Positions 12,269 through 23,779 of a DNA stretch of 64,000 nt are shown piece by piece. The position numbers and the translations under genes are program-made. Within the stretch, counting starts at the first letter, position 1. The number at the start of each line of letters is the position of its first letter. The notes below the pieces were generated by a model. It saw only the letters and a program-made list of their open reading frames with translations. It searched no databases and was not told the DNA's origin. Source of the stretch: Arenicellales bacterium (lineage in GTDB: Bacteria; Pseudomonadota; Gammaproteobacteria; Arenicellales; JAJDZL01); NCBI GenBank assembly GCA_965243305.1, contig CBDEUN010000001.1, positions 293,652 through 357,651 of the forward strand. The letters are read 5' to 3'.

Positions 12269-13795
12269 ATGTGTGGCGTTGTCGCAATTCGATCCGCTGA
12301 GCGTTGTAGCTTTGAACTATTTGAAGCGCTGACTGTTTTACAGCACCGCGGGCAGGACGCTGCCGGCATTGTCACGAGTGATGGCCAGAGAGTTTATTCT
12401 CGGTCTTCGAAGGGACTGGTACGGGATGTCTTTACAGCAGATTCGCTATCGGATTTCAAGGGTAATATGGGAATCGGACATGTACGTTATCCAACTGCAG
12501 GTGGAAATTCCGAAGCTGAATGTCAGCCCTTCTACGTTAATTCTCCGTTCGGAATTGCTCTGGCACACAATGGTAATTTGACGAATGCAAATGAATTGGG
12601 CGTGAAGGTCTTTCAAGGTGATCGCCGACAGATCAATTCCAGTTCAGATTCCGAACTTATGTTGAACGTACTGGCTTATGAGCTTTCCACGACAATGCGC
12701 GAAAGCAGCGGAAATCTCAAGCCTGAGCATGTGTTCAAGGCAGTTGAAAAGGTGTACGAGCGATGTAATGGTGCTTTCGCGGTAACTGTGTTAATTGTAG
12801 GTGGCGGGATACTTGCCTTTCGCGATAGCAATGGAATTCGTCCGCTCATATACGGTACGCGTGATGCAGGCAACGGTAGTCAGGATTTCGCATTTACCTC
12901 AGAGAGTGTTGCACTTGATGTGCTTGGATTTGACGTGGCACGGGATGTTGCACCGGGGGAAGCGATTTTCGTTGACAACGCTGGCAAACTTCATACGAAG
13001 CAATGCGATTCAAATGCACATTCTTCGCCATGCATATTCGAATACGTCTATTTGGCGCGCCCAGATTCCATGATTGACAGGATTTCCGTTTACAAAACCC
13101 GGTTGAGGATGGGTGAATGGCTTGGTAAGCGTTTTTTGGAGAAATTTCCGAACCACGATGTAGATGTTGTCATGCCGATTCCGGATACCAGTCGGGCTGC
13201 AGCAATTCAGCTTGCCCATACGATTGGTGTGAAATATCGGGAAGGCTTTATCAAGAACCGATATTTCACCCGTACTTTCATCATGCCCAGGCAGTCACTG
13301 CGAAAATACTCGGTGCGTCACAAATTGAACGCGATTGATCTTGAATTTGAGAATAAGAATGTATTGCTTGTCGATGATTCAATCGTGCGTGGCACGACTG
13401 CTAGGCAAATTGTCAAGCGGGCGCGGGAGGCCGGTGCTAAATCGGTTTACCTGGCTTCTGCCGCACCACCGATTCGTTATCCAAATGTTTATGGTATTGA
13501 TATTCCAAGCCCTGAAGAATTGATTGCAACGAATCGTACTTATGAACAAATTTGCGAACAGATCGGTGCTGACTATGTCCTCTATCAGCGTTTGGATGAT
13601 CTGATTGCCTCTGTGCTGACCACTAATTCCGATGTGGTGGAATTTGAAACATCAGTGTTCAACGGTGAGTATGTGACGGGGGATGTATCGAAAAACCTTT
13701 TGTTAGAACTTAACGAAAAGAGAAACGATCAGGCACGCGGGGCTGATCAGAACTCACTGTTATACGAGACGGCGGAATTAGCCGAATCCGGTTAA
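12269..13795 (+). CDS. purF: Amidophosphoribosyltransferase
   Basis: N-terminal nucleophile MCGVVAI and PRPP-binding VLLVDDSIVRGTT. 508 aa. Confidence 0.96.
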   Translation: MCGVVAIRSAERCSFELFEALTVLQHRGQDAAGIVTSDGQRVYSRSSKGLVRDVFTADSLSDFKGNMGIGHVRYPTAGGNSEAECQPFYVNSPFGIALAHNGNLTNANELGVKVFQGDRRQINSSSDSELMLNVLAYELSTTMRESSGNLKPEHVFKAVEKVYERCNGAFAVTVLIVGGGILAFRDSNGIRPLIYGTRDAGNGSQDFAFTSESVALDVLGFDVARDVAPGEAIFVDNAGKLHTKQCDSNAHSSPCIFEYVYLARPDSMIDRISVYKTRLRMGEWLGKRFLEKFPNHDVDVVMPIPDTSRAAAIQLAHTIGVKYREGFIKNRYFTRTFIMPRQSLRKYSVRHKLNAIDLEFENKNVLLVDDSIVRGTTARQIVKRAREAGAKSVYLASAAPPIRYPNVYGIDIPSPEELIATNRTYEQICEQIGADYVLYQRLDDLIASVLTTNSDVVEFETSVFNGEYVTGDVSKNLLLELNEKRNDQARGADQNSLLYETAELAESG

Positions 13796-13805
13796 AGAGA
13801 AAGTC

Positions 13806-14537
13806 TCAAATCTCTGCGTGATGCAGGTTAATGGTTCCCTCTGAGTTAACCACAATCACCGCATCATTATTTCGTCCCCAGTCGCCCAACACATACCTTG
13901 TTGCTTCGCAGCCATCAATTTCAAAATGGTGAACTTGTGGTCGGTGAGTGTGTCCGTGAATTAGAATTCTTACGCCATACTGTTTCATGGTTTGCAGCAC
14001 CGACTGCTGGTTTACATCCATCAGGCTTTGACTTTTAACCTGTTTGTTCTTCTCACTTGCAGCACGCATGTCAAGTGCCCGATTGAGGCGTTCTGAAATG
14101 GGCTGCTCAAGAATCGATTCTTGCCACTCGGGAGAAAGAACGACTTCTCGATAACGCTGGTGCTCAACATCATCGGTGCAAAGGCTGTCTCCATGCATCA
14201 GCAATACTGTTTGACCGTTCAGTTCGATGGTGGTGGGGTCGGGAATCAATGTTCCTCCAATTTCTGTAATAAATTCAGGCCCGATCAAAAAATCCCGATT
14301 GCCATGCATCACTGAAACTTGCACACCGCCATCAGATAATTCAGCTAGCGCCTCGATAGCAGGGTTGTGTCCAAGCAATGCACTGCCGTCGTCTCCAATC
14401 CAATAGTCAAAGAGATCACCCAGAATATAGAGTTCGTCTGCGTCTTTACGAATCGAACGCAGATAGCGAAGAAACTTATCGTATACGACAGGCTGATTTG
14501 GAGATAGATGAGTATCGGATAGAAAGTAAATGCCCAT
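13806..14537 (-). CDS. lpxH: UDP-2,3-diacylglucosamine diphosphatase
   Basis: Metallophosphoesterase motifs SDTHL, GDLFDYWIGDD, GNRD, HGD and GHTH. 243 aa. Confidence 0.9.
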   Translation of the reverse strand: MGIYFLSDTHLSPNQPVVYDKFLRYLRSIRKDADELYILGDLFDYWIGDDGSALLGHNPAIEALAELSDGGVQVSVMHGNRDFLIGPEFITEIGGTLIPDPTTIELNGQTVLLMHGDSLCTDDVEHQRYREVVLSPEWQESILEQPISERLNRALDMRAASEKNKQVKSQSLMDVNQQSVLQTMKQYGVRILIHGHTHRPQVHHFEIDGCEATRYVLGDWGRNNDAVIVVNSEGTINLHHAEI

Positions 14538-14775
14538 TCAATTCAAGATTGATAAATGTGTAACATCAAAACGGATCGGTGAATCTGTTCAGTTGTCAAC
14601 GATTGAACCAAAATCACCCAATCGATTGGAAGGTGGCTGTGAAAAGGATTGCACCTGCAGATTCAAGCAAAATGGCCCATATCGACGGAAAATGAACGAA
14701 CCCAGACTCTTATAATATGCAGGTTTTATGGGTGATTGAACGCTCATTATACAACCTGCCAATATCAGCAGTTTG

Positions 14776-16182
14776 ATGTTGCATATCTACAACAGTCTGA
14801 CTGGACAAAAAGAAGAATTTAAGCCGATTGACGGTAATCGCGTACGGATTTACGTATGCGGAATGACCGTTTACGACTACTGTCATTTAGGTCATGCACG
14901 AGTGATGGTCGGCTTTGATGCGATCGTGCGTTATCTACGGTACCGCGGGTATGAGGTTACCTATGTACGCAACATTACCGATATTGATGACAAAATCATC
15001 AATCGTGCAAACGAGTTGGGTGTTTCGACCGAATCGCTGACAGATCGTTACATCCGGTACATGAACGAAGACCTCGATGCGTTATTCGTAGTCAAGCCGG
15101 ATCACGAGCCTCGCGCAACCGAATTTATTCCGAATATTGTTGAAATGATTTCGGAGTTGATTGAACGCGGCTATGCCTATCCGGCCGAAAACGGCGATGT
15201 TTACTACCGTACTCGTCAATTCAAGGAGTATGGCAAGTTATCGGGAACGCGTCTCGATGATCTGGTGGTCGGAGCGCGCATCGCACCCGACGAAATGAAG
15301 AATGATCCAGTGGACTTTGTGCTGTGGAAAGGTTCAAAACCAGGTGAGCCAAGCTGGAACTCACCTTGGGGAGAGGGCAGACCTGGATGGCACATTGAAT
15401 GTTCAGCTATGTCAACCAGTTTGCTCGGTAGCCACTTCGATATACATGGAGGTGGGAGAGATCTGCTTTTTCCGCATCACGAAAACGAAATTGCGCAATC
15501 TGAAGCAGCGACTGATCAAACCTTTGTCAATGTCTGGATGCACAATGGATATCTGGAAGTCAATTCAGAAAAAATGTCCAAATCCCTGCACAATTTCCTG
15601 ACGATTCGTGAAATTCTGGCTCAAGATACGGATCCAGTGAGAATGGGTGAAGTTTTGCGCTTCACCTTCCTCATGTGCCATTATCGAAGTCCGCTCAATT
15701 ACAGTGACAGTTCACTGGAAAATGCAAAGGTTGCATTACGACGAATATATCTGGCAATTCGCAAGTTTGAGCAATCGGGAATTCCACCGTCCAGTCAATT
15801 GAATGATGAATACCTTTCAAGATTTCAGACGGTTATGGATGACGATTTCAATACGCCGGACGCGTTGGCCGTAATATTTGACTGTGTCAGAGAACTTAAT
15901 CGTGCGATTGACACTGAATCAGGAGCAACAGCTGCGAGTCTGTACCAAACGCTTTTGCTTCTAAATGGCGCATTGGGAGTTGGGTGTATGAATGCATCCA
16001 GATTTTTGGGTGTTGAACTCTCTGTGGATTCCGCTGGCATTAGAGAGTTGGTCCTTCAGCGAGAAGAAGCGCGCCGCAACAAACAGTGGCAGACCGCAGA
16101 TGAGTTGAGGCGACAACTGACGGCTCTTGGTGTGGAGCTTGAGGACCGTCCAGACGGTACCAGTACGTGGCGAAAACTGTGA
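14776..16182 (+). CDS. cysS: Cysteine--tRNA ligase
   Basis: Class I motifs HLGHAR and KMSKS. The ORF opens with TTG 14773; ATG 14776 was chosen. Confidence 0.96.
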   Translation: MLHIYNSLTGQKEEFKPIDGNRVRIYVCGMTVYDYCHLGHARVMVGFDAIVRYLRYRGYEVTYVRNITDIDDKIINRANELGVSTESLTDRYIRYMNEDLDALFVVKPDHEPRATEFIPNIVEMISELIERGYAYPAENGDVYYRTRQFKEYGKLSGTRLDDLVVGARIAPDEMKNDPVDFVLWKGSKPGEPSWNSPWGEGRPGWHIECSAMSTSLLGSHFDIHGGGRDLLFPHHENEIAQSEAATDQTFVNVWMHNGYLEVNSEKMSKSLHNFLTIREILAQDTDPVRMGEVLRFTFLMCHYRSPLNYSDSSLENAKVALRRIYLAIRKFEQSGIPPSSQLNDEYLSRFQTVMDDDFNTPDALAVIFDCVRELNRAIDTESGATAASLYQTLLLLNGALGVGCMNASRFLGVELSVDSAGIRELVLQREEARRNKQWQTADELRRQLTALGVELEDRPDGTSTWRKL

Positions 16183-16347
16183 AGCGGATCGACAGACACA
16201 CAGGTAAACAGATCAACCGGGATTAACTGGACGTGTGACATTGAGCAATACAAGAATTTACAATGTTGCAATGCACACTCACTATAATCGTTTGTTTCAT
16301 TAAAATTAAATCAATCAACTAGCCGGTCAATTAAGAGGAATCAGGCC

Positions 16348-18090
16348 ATGGAGTTAACAGGCGCAGATATTCTGGTGCGTTGCCTGCGAGATGAAGGTGT
16401 CAAGTACATTTTCGGATATCCGGGTGGTGCAGCACTGCACATTTACGATGCCCTGTATAAACAAGATGAAGTTCGTCACATTCTTGTGCGACACGAACAG
16501 GGTGCTTCCCACGCAGCTGACGGTTACGCTCGAGTAACCGGCGAACCTGGCGTTGTACTTGTAACTTCCGGTCCTGGTGTAACCAATACTATCACTGGTA
16601 TTGCAACGGCATACATGGACTCGATTCCGATGGTGGTCATTTCAGGTCAGGTTCCTTCTCACCTGATCGGTGACGATGCCTTTCAGGAAGTTGATGCACT
16701 TGGTGTATCACGACCGTGTGTGAAACATAATTTTCTGGTGCGAGATGTCAATGATCTTGCATTGACGATCAAAAAAGCGTTTTACATTGCCAACTCTGGC
16801 AAGCCAGGCCCGGTGATGGTCGACATTCCCAAAGATGTGACTGCGGCAGTAGCTAAGTACCACTATCCGAAGACTGTTTCGATGCGTTCCTACAACCCCA
16901 CATTGCGAGGGCATTCGGGACAGATAAAGAAAGCAGCCAAGTTGCTTTTATCCGCAAAGCGGCCGATTATTTATACCGGTGGAGGCGTTACAACTGCGGG
17001 TGGTGAACAGGAACTTCGCAGTTTGGTTCGTCAGCTTGACTACCCGTGTACGAATACACTGATGGGTCTTGGGTGTTTTCCAGCCAATGATCCGCTGTTT
17101 ATTGGTATGTTGGGTATGCATGGGACCTATGAAGCGAACATGGCGATGCATGACTGTGATGTGATGTTGGCGGTGGGTGCTCGATTTGATGATCGAATCA
17201 CGGGTGATCTCAATAAGTTTGCACCCTATGCGAAGATCATTCACATTGACATTGATCCGGCCTCAATTGGAAAGAATGTCAAGGTTGAAGTCCCGATCGT
17301 TGGCGATGCAAAGCTTGTATTGGCGGACTTGGTGGCGACCATTGAAAAGCTGGAATTGGAGCCTAACTACGACGCGCTCAAAGCGTGGTGGAACCAGATC
17401 AATTCCTGGCGTTCGGTCGATAGTTTGTCATACGATCGCAATAGCAGCAAAATCAAGCCACAGTATGTGCTTGAGAAGCTTTATGAAGTGACCAATGGTG
17501 AGGCTTTTGTGACATCTGACGTGGGACAGCACCAGATGTGGGCAGCACAGTTTTATCGTTTCGATACACCACGAAGATGGGTGAACTCTGGCGGACTGGG
17601 AACGATGGGATTTGGTCTGCCCGCGGCGATGGGCGTGCATTTGGCCTATCCCGATTCGGATGTTGTATGTGTCACGGGTGAAGCAAGCATCATCATGTGC
17701 ATTCAAGAGTTGTCAACCTGCAAACAGTACGATATTCCAATCAAAATCATCAATCTGAACAATCGTTACATGGGAATGGTCAGACAATGGCAGGAATTCT
17801 TTTACGATCGCCGCTATTCGCATTCCTACATGGATGCTTTACCTGATTTCGTTGCACTGGCGAAAAGTTTTGGTCATGATGGTATTCTCATTGAAGATCC
17901 AGCGGATGTTGAAGGTGCGTTGCGAGACACGATGAAGCGGAAAAATGACCTCGTGTTCATGGACTTTATTACGGACCAGGAAGAAAATGTCTACCCCATG
18001 ATTGCTGCCGGAAGCGGCCACAACGAAATGCACTTAAGTCCGAAGGCAGAATCGGATGAACCCGCGCCACAGGAACGGGAGCTGGCTTAA
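16348..18090 (+). CDS. ilvI: Acetolactate synthase large subunit
   Basis: 580 aa. ThDP-binding GGLGTMGFGLPAAMG. AGAGGA-like SD lies upstream. Followed by the small subunit and ilvC. Confidence 0.95.
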   Translation: MELTGADILVRCLRDEGVKYIFGYPGGAALHIYDALYKQDEVRHILVRHEQGASHAADGYARVTGEPGVVLVTSGPGVTNTITGIATAYMDSIPMVVISGQVPSHLIGDDAFQEVDALGVSRPCVKHNFLVRDVNDLALTIKKAFYIANSGKPGPVMVDIPKDVTAAVAKYHYPKTVSMRSYNPTLRGHSGQIKKAAKLLLSAKRPIIYTGGGVTTAGGEQELRSLVRQLDYPCTNTLMGLGCFPANDPLFIGMLGMHGTYEANMAMHDCDVMLAVGARFDDRITGDLNKFAPYAKIIHIDIDPASIGKNVKVEVPIVGDAKLVLADLVATIEKLELEPNYDALKAWWNQINSWRSVDSLSYDRNSSKIKPQYVLEKLYEVTNGEAFVTSDVGQHQMWAAQFYRFDTPRRWVNSGGLGTMGFGLPAAMGVHLAYPDSDVVCVTGEASIIMCIQELSTCKQYDIPIKIINLNNRYMGMVRQWQEFFYDRRYSHSYMDALPDFVALAKSFGHDGILIEDPADVEGALRDTMKRKNDLVFMDFITDQEENVYPMIAAGSGHNEMHLSPKAESDEPAPQERELA

Positions 18091-18618
18091 GTGGAGGAGA
18101 ATCGCCATATTATTTCCGTGCTCTTGGAGAATGAGTCAGGTGCTTTATCCAGAGTAGCCGGGCTGTTTTCTGCACGGGGTTACAACATTGAGACCTTGAC
18201 AGTTGCACCAACTGATGATCCGTCACTTTCTCGTATGACGATCGTCACGACAGGTTCTGAAAGTGTTGTCGAACAGATTACCAAGCAGCTCAATAAACTG
18301 ATTGAAGTCGTAAAGGTTCTTAATCTGGCTGACCGAAATCATATTGAGCGTGAGTTGATGATGGTCAAAGTGAGAGCGACGGGTGATTTGCGAGATGAGG
18401 TGAAACGCCTGGCTGAAATTTTTCGCGGTCGGATCATCGACGTAACCGAATCAATCTATATCATCGAACTGACCGGTGAGTGTTCCAAATTGGATGCCTT
18501 TATTGAAACTTTGAAAGTTACTGAAATTCTGGAATTGGTTCGCTCCGGTGTATCAGGCATTGCCAGAGGCGAAAGTTCCATGAGTCTCAATGGTCATAAA
18601 TCAAAAAAAAGCAATTGA
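18091..18618 (+). CDS. ilvH: Acetolactate synthase small (regulatory) subunit
   Basis: GTG start abuts the ilvI stop. N-terminal ACT domain (HIISVLLENESGALSRVAGLFSARGYNIETL). Confidence 0.93.
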   Translation: MEENRHIISVLLENESGALSRVAGLFSARGYNIETLTVAPTDDPSLSRMTIVTTGSESVVEQITKQLNKLIEVVKVLNLADRNHIERELMMVKVRATGDLRDEVKRLAEIFRGRIIDVTESIYIIELTGECSKLDAFIETLKVTEILELVRSGVSGIARGESSMSLNGHKSKKSN

Positions 18619-18623
18619 AATAA

Positions 18624-19652
<1,029 letters not shown>

Positions 19653-19657
19653 CCTTT

Positions 19658-20284
19658 ATGCGCCTTGCCCGTGAAGGGTATCCATTTGCGGCTGCTGCTG
19701 TAGTCGTTGCACTGGCGGTATATTTCTTTGCAGGTGGATACTGGTCAATTCCATTTTGGTTGATTGCTGCATTTGTACTGCAGTTTTTTCGAGAACCGAC
19801 GCGAGACGTTCCAGCAGACGATAATCTCGTGGTTTCTCCTGCGGACGGCAAAGTTGTCGCTGTCGGTGAAGCCATTGATCCGATCAGCGGTAATACTGCC
19901 ACTCGAATTGCTATTTTTCTGAATGTATTTTCGGTTCATTCAAATCGAATTCCCATTGCTGGGACGATCATCAAGAAAGAGTATCGTGCAGGCAAATTTT
20001 TAAATGCAGCAGTTGATAAATCTGCTGAGGAAAACGAACGTAATTCGATTGTCATACGCGACTCTCATTCGAATGAGATCACCTGTATTCAAATAGCTGG
20101 ACTCATTGCTCGACGAATTCTGTGCTATGTTGACACCGGTGATAAAGTTCAAAAGGGACAGAAGTACGGATTTATTCGCTTCGGATCCCGCGTAGAGTTA
20201 TTCCTTCCACCTGAATATCAGGTAAATGTCAGCATCGGGGATTCAGTGCGGGGTGGTGCTGATGTCATTGGGTCCAAATCCTGA
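19658..20284 (+). CDS. psd: Phosphatidylserine decarboxylase family protein (short form)
   Basis: 208 aa. N-terminal TM segments and a Gly-Ser self-processing-type motif in GFIRFGSRVEL. Adjacent to pssA. Confidence 0.8.
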   Translation: MRLAREGYPFAAAAVVVALAVYFFAGGYWSIPFWLIAAFVLQFFREPTRDVPADDNLVVSPADGKVVAVGEAIDPISGNTATRIAIFLNVFSVHSNRIPIAGTIIKKEYRAGKFLNAAVDKSAEENERNSIVIRDSHSNEITCIQIAGLIARRILCYVDTGDKVQKGQKYGFIRFGSRVELFLPPEYQVNVSIGDSVRGGADVIGSKS

Positions 20285-20392
20285 TTCAGAATTAACATCA
20301 ATCTCACGGTTGAAATTCACAATTTCTGGTAATTTTCAGATACGCTTTGGAATTGCGGTTACAATTTCTACTAGCGATCTAGGAACCTACTG

Positions 20393-21193
20393 ATGCAGTT
20401 GGAAACCAAAAAATCTACGACTGGTAGAAAGAGCCCCAGAAGGCGTCGCGGAATCTATGTGCTGCCGAATCTGTTGACAACAGGCGCGTTGTTCTTTGGA
20501 TTCTTTGCAATAATTCAGGCCACTCAGGAAAAGTTTGAATTTGCTGCTATTGCTATTCTGATTGCCACAGTGCTGGATGGACTTGATGGCAGGGTTGCCC
20601 GGCTGACCAATACGACCAGTGATTTTGGAAAAGAGTATGACAGCCTGGCCGATGTAGTCAGCTTTGGACTCGCGCCGGCACTAGTTGTATTTGAGTGGGC
20701 AGTATCAGATATAGGAAAAATTGGCTGGCTTTGCGCGTTTCTTTACACATCTGCCACTGCATTGCGTTTAGCTCGCTTTAATACGCAGTCCGCAAAGAAC
20801 CCAAACTATTTTCAAGGGTTGCCTTGTCCCATGGCAGCGGCATTTTTGGTTAGTTGGTTGTGGGTCATAGAAACTGGATGGGGAAGGGACCTTGAATTCG
20901 TTTCTGAAATGACGACAGCTATTTTGTTTGTTCTGGCACTCAGCATGGTGAGTGCGGTACCATATCTCAGTTTCAAGAACTTTGGTGTCAGGGGACGGGT
21001 TCCTTTTGTTACCAGTATTCTGATGGTGTTTGGTATCGCTTTGATCTCATTCGATCCGCCCAGAGTGCTGTTTGTTTTGTTTTTGGTTTACTTGCTGAGC
21101 GGCCCTGTGATTTGGATATTTGGTTCAACTGGCAGAAAGAGTCAGCGCGTGCTGGCGCGGGCAAGACGAGAGAAGTCAGATGATGGCAAGTAA
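20393..21193 (+). CDS. pssA: CDP-diacylglycerol--serine O-phosphatidyltransferase
   Basis: CDP-alcohol phosphatidyltransferase motif DGLDGRVAR-x8-G-x3-DSLAD. Multi-TM protein. Confidence 0.9.
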   Translation: MQLETKKSTTGRKSPRRRRGIYVLPNLLTTGALFFGFFAIIQATQEKFEFAAIAILIATVLDGLDGRVARLTNTTSDFGKEYDSLADVVSFGLAPALVVFEWAVSDIGKIGWLCAFLYTSATALRLARFNTQSAKNPNYFQGLPCPMAAAFLVSWLWVIETGWGRDLEFVSEMTTAILFVLALSMVSAVPYLSFKNFGVRGRVPFVTSILMVFGIALISFDPPRVLFVLFLVYLLSGPVIWIFGSTGRKSQRVLARARREKSDDGK

Positions 21194-21275
21194 GCACAAC
21201 CTTTCGGCAACAATTATGTTTCAAAGTTCAAAAAATTTGCATTGCATTGGCCGATGATGTATAAATCCCGTGCAA

Positions 21276-21344
21276 ATGTCGAACGTAATCTCTAATATCT
21301 CCGCCATTCAAGTCTCCAGCAGGCTGCTTCTGCTGCGCCTATAG
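21276..21344 (+). CDS. Candidate leucine-rich leader peptide upstream of leuA (MSNVISNISAIQVSSRLLLLRL)
   Basis: Hand translation gives a 22-codon ORF ending in CTG CTT CTG CTG CGC CTA TAG. Its stop lies 107 nt upstream of the leuA ATG. No clear SD is visible. Confidence 0.55.
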   Translation: MSNVISNISAIQVSSRLLLLRL

Positions 21345-21363
21345 GCGCGGTATCTTTCTTTTC
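21333..21363 (+). terminator. Attenuator-like hairpin plus T-rich tract overlapping the leader stop codon
   Basis: CTGCGCC (21333-21339) pairs with GGCGCGG (21344-21350) around a TATA loop, followed by TATCTTTCTTTTC. A competing CAGCAG (21317-21322) / CTGCTG (21330-21335) helix shares bases with it. A second hairpin (CACCAA/TTGGTG) plus T-run lies near 21388-21425. Confidence 0.45.
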
Positions 21364-21450
21364 AAAAATTCCCCCTAATGAATCATTCACCAACCAGCGT
21401 GTTTGGTGGACAGTTTTTGGTTTGATTTTCACATTTTGTCAGGATTAGCA

Positions 21451-22995
21451 ATGTCGGATCGATTGATCATATTTGATACTACGTTACGCGACGGGGAACA
21501 GAGTCCCGGTGCGTCAATGAATGCAGAAGAAAAACTCGCGATTGCCAAGTTGTTGGAAAAGATGCGGGTTGATGTTATTGAAGCAGGATTTCCGGCAGCA
21601 AGTCCCGGAGATTTTCAGGCTGTAAAGCAAGTTGCCCACGAAATTACCGAGAGTACCGTTTGTGCGCTAGCGAGGGCTGTTGAAGGTGATTTGGACCGGG
21701 CGGCAGAGGCAGTCAAACCTGCGAAATCGAAGCGCATACATACGTTTATTGCGACTTCTCCGATTCATATGAAAGAAAAGCTCAGAATGAACGAGGATCA
21801 GGTACTGGAGCGCGCGGTCTGGTCAGTCAAGCGGGCACGAAATCACACCGATGATGTGGAATTTTCCCCTGAAGACGCCGGTCGTTCAGAGTTGGATTTT
21901 CTTTGCAGAATTATTGAGGCTACGATTGACGCCGGTGCGCGTACGATCAATATTCCAGATACTGTCGGATACAACATGCCAGCGCAGTTTGCCCGAACGA
22001 TTGAATTGCTGATGGAAAAAATTCCCAATTCAGATAAAGCAATTTTTTCAGTTCACTGCCACAATGATTTGGGTGTGGCTGTTGCCAACTCACTCGCTGC
22101 TGTTCAGAGAGGCGCCCGTCAGGTTGAGTGCACGATCAATGGACTTGGCGAACGTGCAGGTAATGCATCACTTGAGGAAATAGTGATGGCAGTCAGAACT
22201 CGCCAGGATCTTTTCGACTGTGATACCAACATTGATACCACTCAGATAGTTCCTGCTAGTCGTCTAGTTTCAACGATAACGGGATTTCCAGTGCAGCCCA
22301 ACAAAGCGATTGTAGGTGCAAATGCTTTTGCGCACGAGTCAGGCATTCACCAGGATGGTGTGATCAAAAAGCGGGAAACGTATGAAATCATGCGTGCTGA
22401 GGATGTTGGCTGGTCAACAAATAGAATGGTGCTCGGCAAACACTCTGGTCGACATGCCTTTCAACAGAGAATGAATGAACTTGGATTTGAGTTTCATTCT
22501 GATGAGGAATTGCAAATTGCATTTAACCGGTTTAAGGACCTGGCTGATCGTAAGCACGAAATTTTTGATGATGATCTGATCGGACTACAGGTCGGTTCAG
22601 GCGGACAGCAAGTCGGTGACAGACTGAAGCTTGAGAGTTTGCAGGTCAGTTCAAGTACTAAGGAAAATTCCACAGCACTCTTGGCAATAAAGTGGGATGG
22701 TGAACTGGTCAATGCTACAGCAGACGGAAATGGACCGGTTGATGCCTCGTTTAGAGCAGTTGCTTCAGTGATCGATCGCAATCCTGAACTCGAACTTTAT
22801 TCTGTTAACAGCATAACCGGTGGTACCGATGCACAGGGTGAAGTGAGCGTAAGACTCAGGGAGAATGGTCGCGTCGTCAATGGTCATGGTGCCGACACCG
22901 ATATTGTTATTGCATCCGTAAAAGCTTACATCAACGCATTGAATCGCCTTGAAACTTCTGAGCGCCCACATCCGCAAACGGGTTCCATGATTTGA
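21451..22995 (+). CDS. leuA: 2-isopropylmalate synthase
   Basis: Start set at ATG 21451 ([17 protein letters not shown]); the six-frame ORF opens at 21403. HCHNDLG motif and a C-terminal LeuA regulatory domain are present. Confidence 0.95.
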   Translation: MSDRLIIFDTTLRDGEQSPGASMNAEEKLAIAKLLEKMRVDVIEAGFPAASPGDFQAVKQVAHEITESTVCALARAVEGDLDRAAEAVKPAKSKRIHTFIATSPIHMKEKLRMNEDQVLERAVWSVKRARNHTDDVEFSPEDAGRSELDFLCRIIEATIDAGARTINIPDTVGYNMPAQFARTIELLMEKIPNSDKAIFSVHCHNDLGVAVANSLAAVQRGARQVECTINGLGERAGNASLEEIVMAVRTRQDLFDCDTNIDTTQIVPASRLVSTITGFPVQPNKAIVGANAFAHESGIHQDGVIKKRETYEIMRAEDVGWSTNRMVLGKHSGRHAFQQRMNELGFEFHSDEELQIAFNRFKDLADRKHEIFDDDLIGLQVGSGGQQVGDRLKLESLQVSSSTKENSTALLAIKWDGELVNATADGNGPVDASFRAVASVIDRNPELELYSVNSITGGTDAQGEVSVRLRENGRVVNGHGADTDIVIASVKAYINALNRLETSERPHPQTGSMI

Positions 22996-23005
22996 GTTGC
23001 AATTG

Positions 23006-23761
23006 ATGTCAAAAGATGCTTTTCTGAGTGCGATGGGAATTGAGGTCTACAGACGTCGACCACAACCCGGAGAATTGCAACAGAGTGATACAGACCCTGA
23101 GCTACAGGAGTCTGCAGAACAGCCATCAATAACATTTGATCACGAAAATTCAGAGAGTTCGGAAGTTACGGCAAGCCCCTCAATTCCTGCAACAGATTCA
23201 TTAGCTGAATTGAGTTTGAGAGAGGTTGCAGACATTGCATCAACTTGCAAACTCTGTGCACTTAGCAAAGAACGCACCAACGTTGTGTTTGGTTCTGGTT
23301 CTGAATCGGCAGATCTGATGTTTATCGGTGAAGGACCGGGTGCGGAAGAAGACAAGCAGGGCTTGCCTTTTGTGGGGAAGGCTGGTCAGCTTCTTACTTC
23401 CATGATTGCAGCGCTTGGCTTAAATCGGGATGCGGTGTACATCTGTAATATCGTAAAGTGCAGACCACCCAGAAATCGCGATCCTCTGCCCATCGAAGCC
23501 AAAACCTGCACTCCTTACTTACGAAGACAAATCGAGCTGATTGAGCCTAAAGTCATTGTCGCTCTTGGCAGAGTCAGTGCTCAGCTGCTGCTCGATTCAG
23601 AAATGCCGCTTGGTGGTTTGAGAAGACAAACCTACAAATTCAAAGATACAGAGATTGATCTGGTGGTGACTTACCATCCTGCTTATCTATTGAGAAAGCC
23701 AACAGAAAAAGCCAAATCCTGGGAAGATCTATGGAAGGTTCGCCAGATACTGCAGGGGTGA
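23006..23761 (+). CDS. Uracil-DNA glycosylase, family 4
   Basis: GEGPGAEED, FVGKAGQLL, CRPP and HPAYLLR motifs. About 85 aa of acidic N-terminal extension carry an MGIEVYRRR motif. ATG 23006 was preferred over TTG 22997. Confidence 0.85.
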   Translation: MSKDAFLSAMGIEVYRRRPQPGELQQSDTDPELQESAEQPSITFDHENSESSEVTASPSIPATDSLAELSLREVADIASTCKLCALSKERTNVVFGSGSESADLMFIGEGPGAEEDKQGLPFVGKAGQLLTSMIAALGLNRDAVYICNIVKCRPPRNRDPLPIEAKTCTPYLRRQIELIEPKVIVALGRVSAQLLLDSEMPLGGLRRQTYKFKDTEIDLVVTYHPAYLLRKPTEKAKSWEDLWKVRQILQG

Positions 23762-23779
23762 TCGCAGTACTGGGTCGAA

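Noticed and set aside
16263-16322. 19-codon mini-ORF (MLQCTLTIIVCFIKIKSIN) upstream of ilvI as a possible Ile/Val leader peptide
   Set aside because: Only 25 nt separate its stop from the ilvI ATG, and they contain the SD. There is no terminator or alternative hairpin. The ACTATAAT within it looks more like a -10 box.
21403-21450. N-terminal 16-codon extension of leuA starting at TTG 21403
   Set aside because: The extension ([16 protein letters not shown]) overlaps the second hairpin and T-run of the leader region. The conserved LeuA N-terminus begins at ATG 21451.
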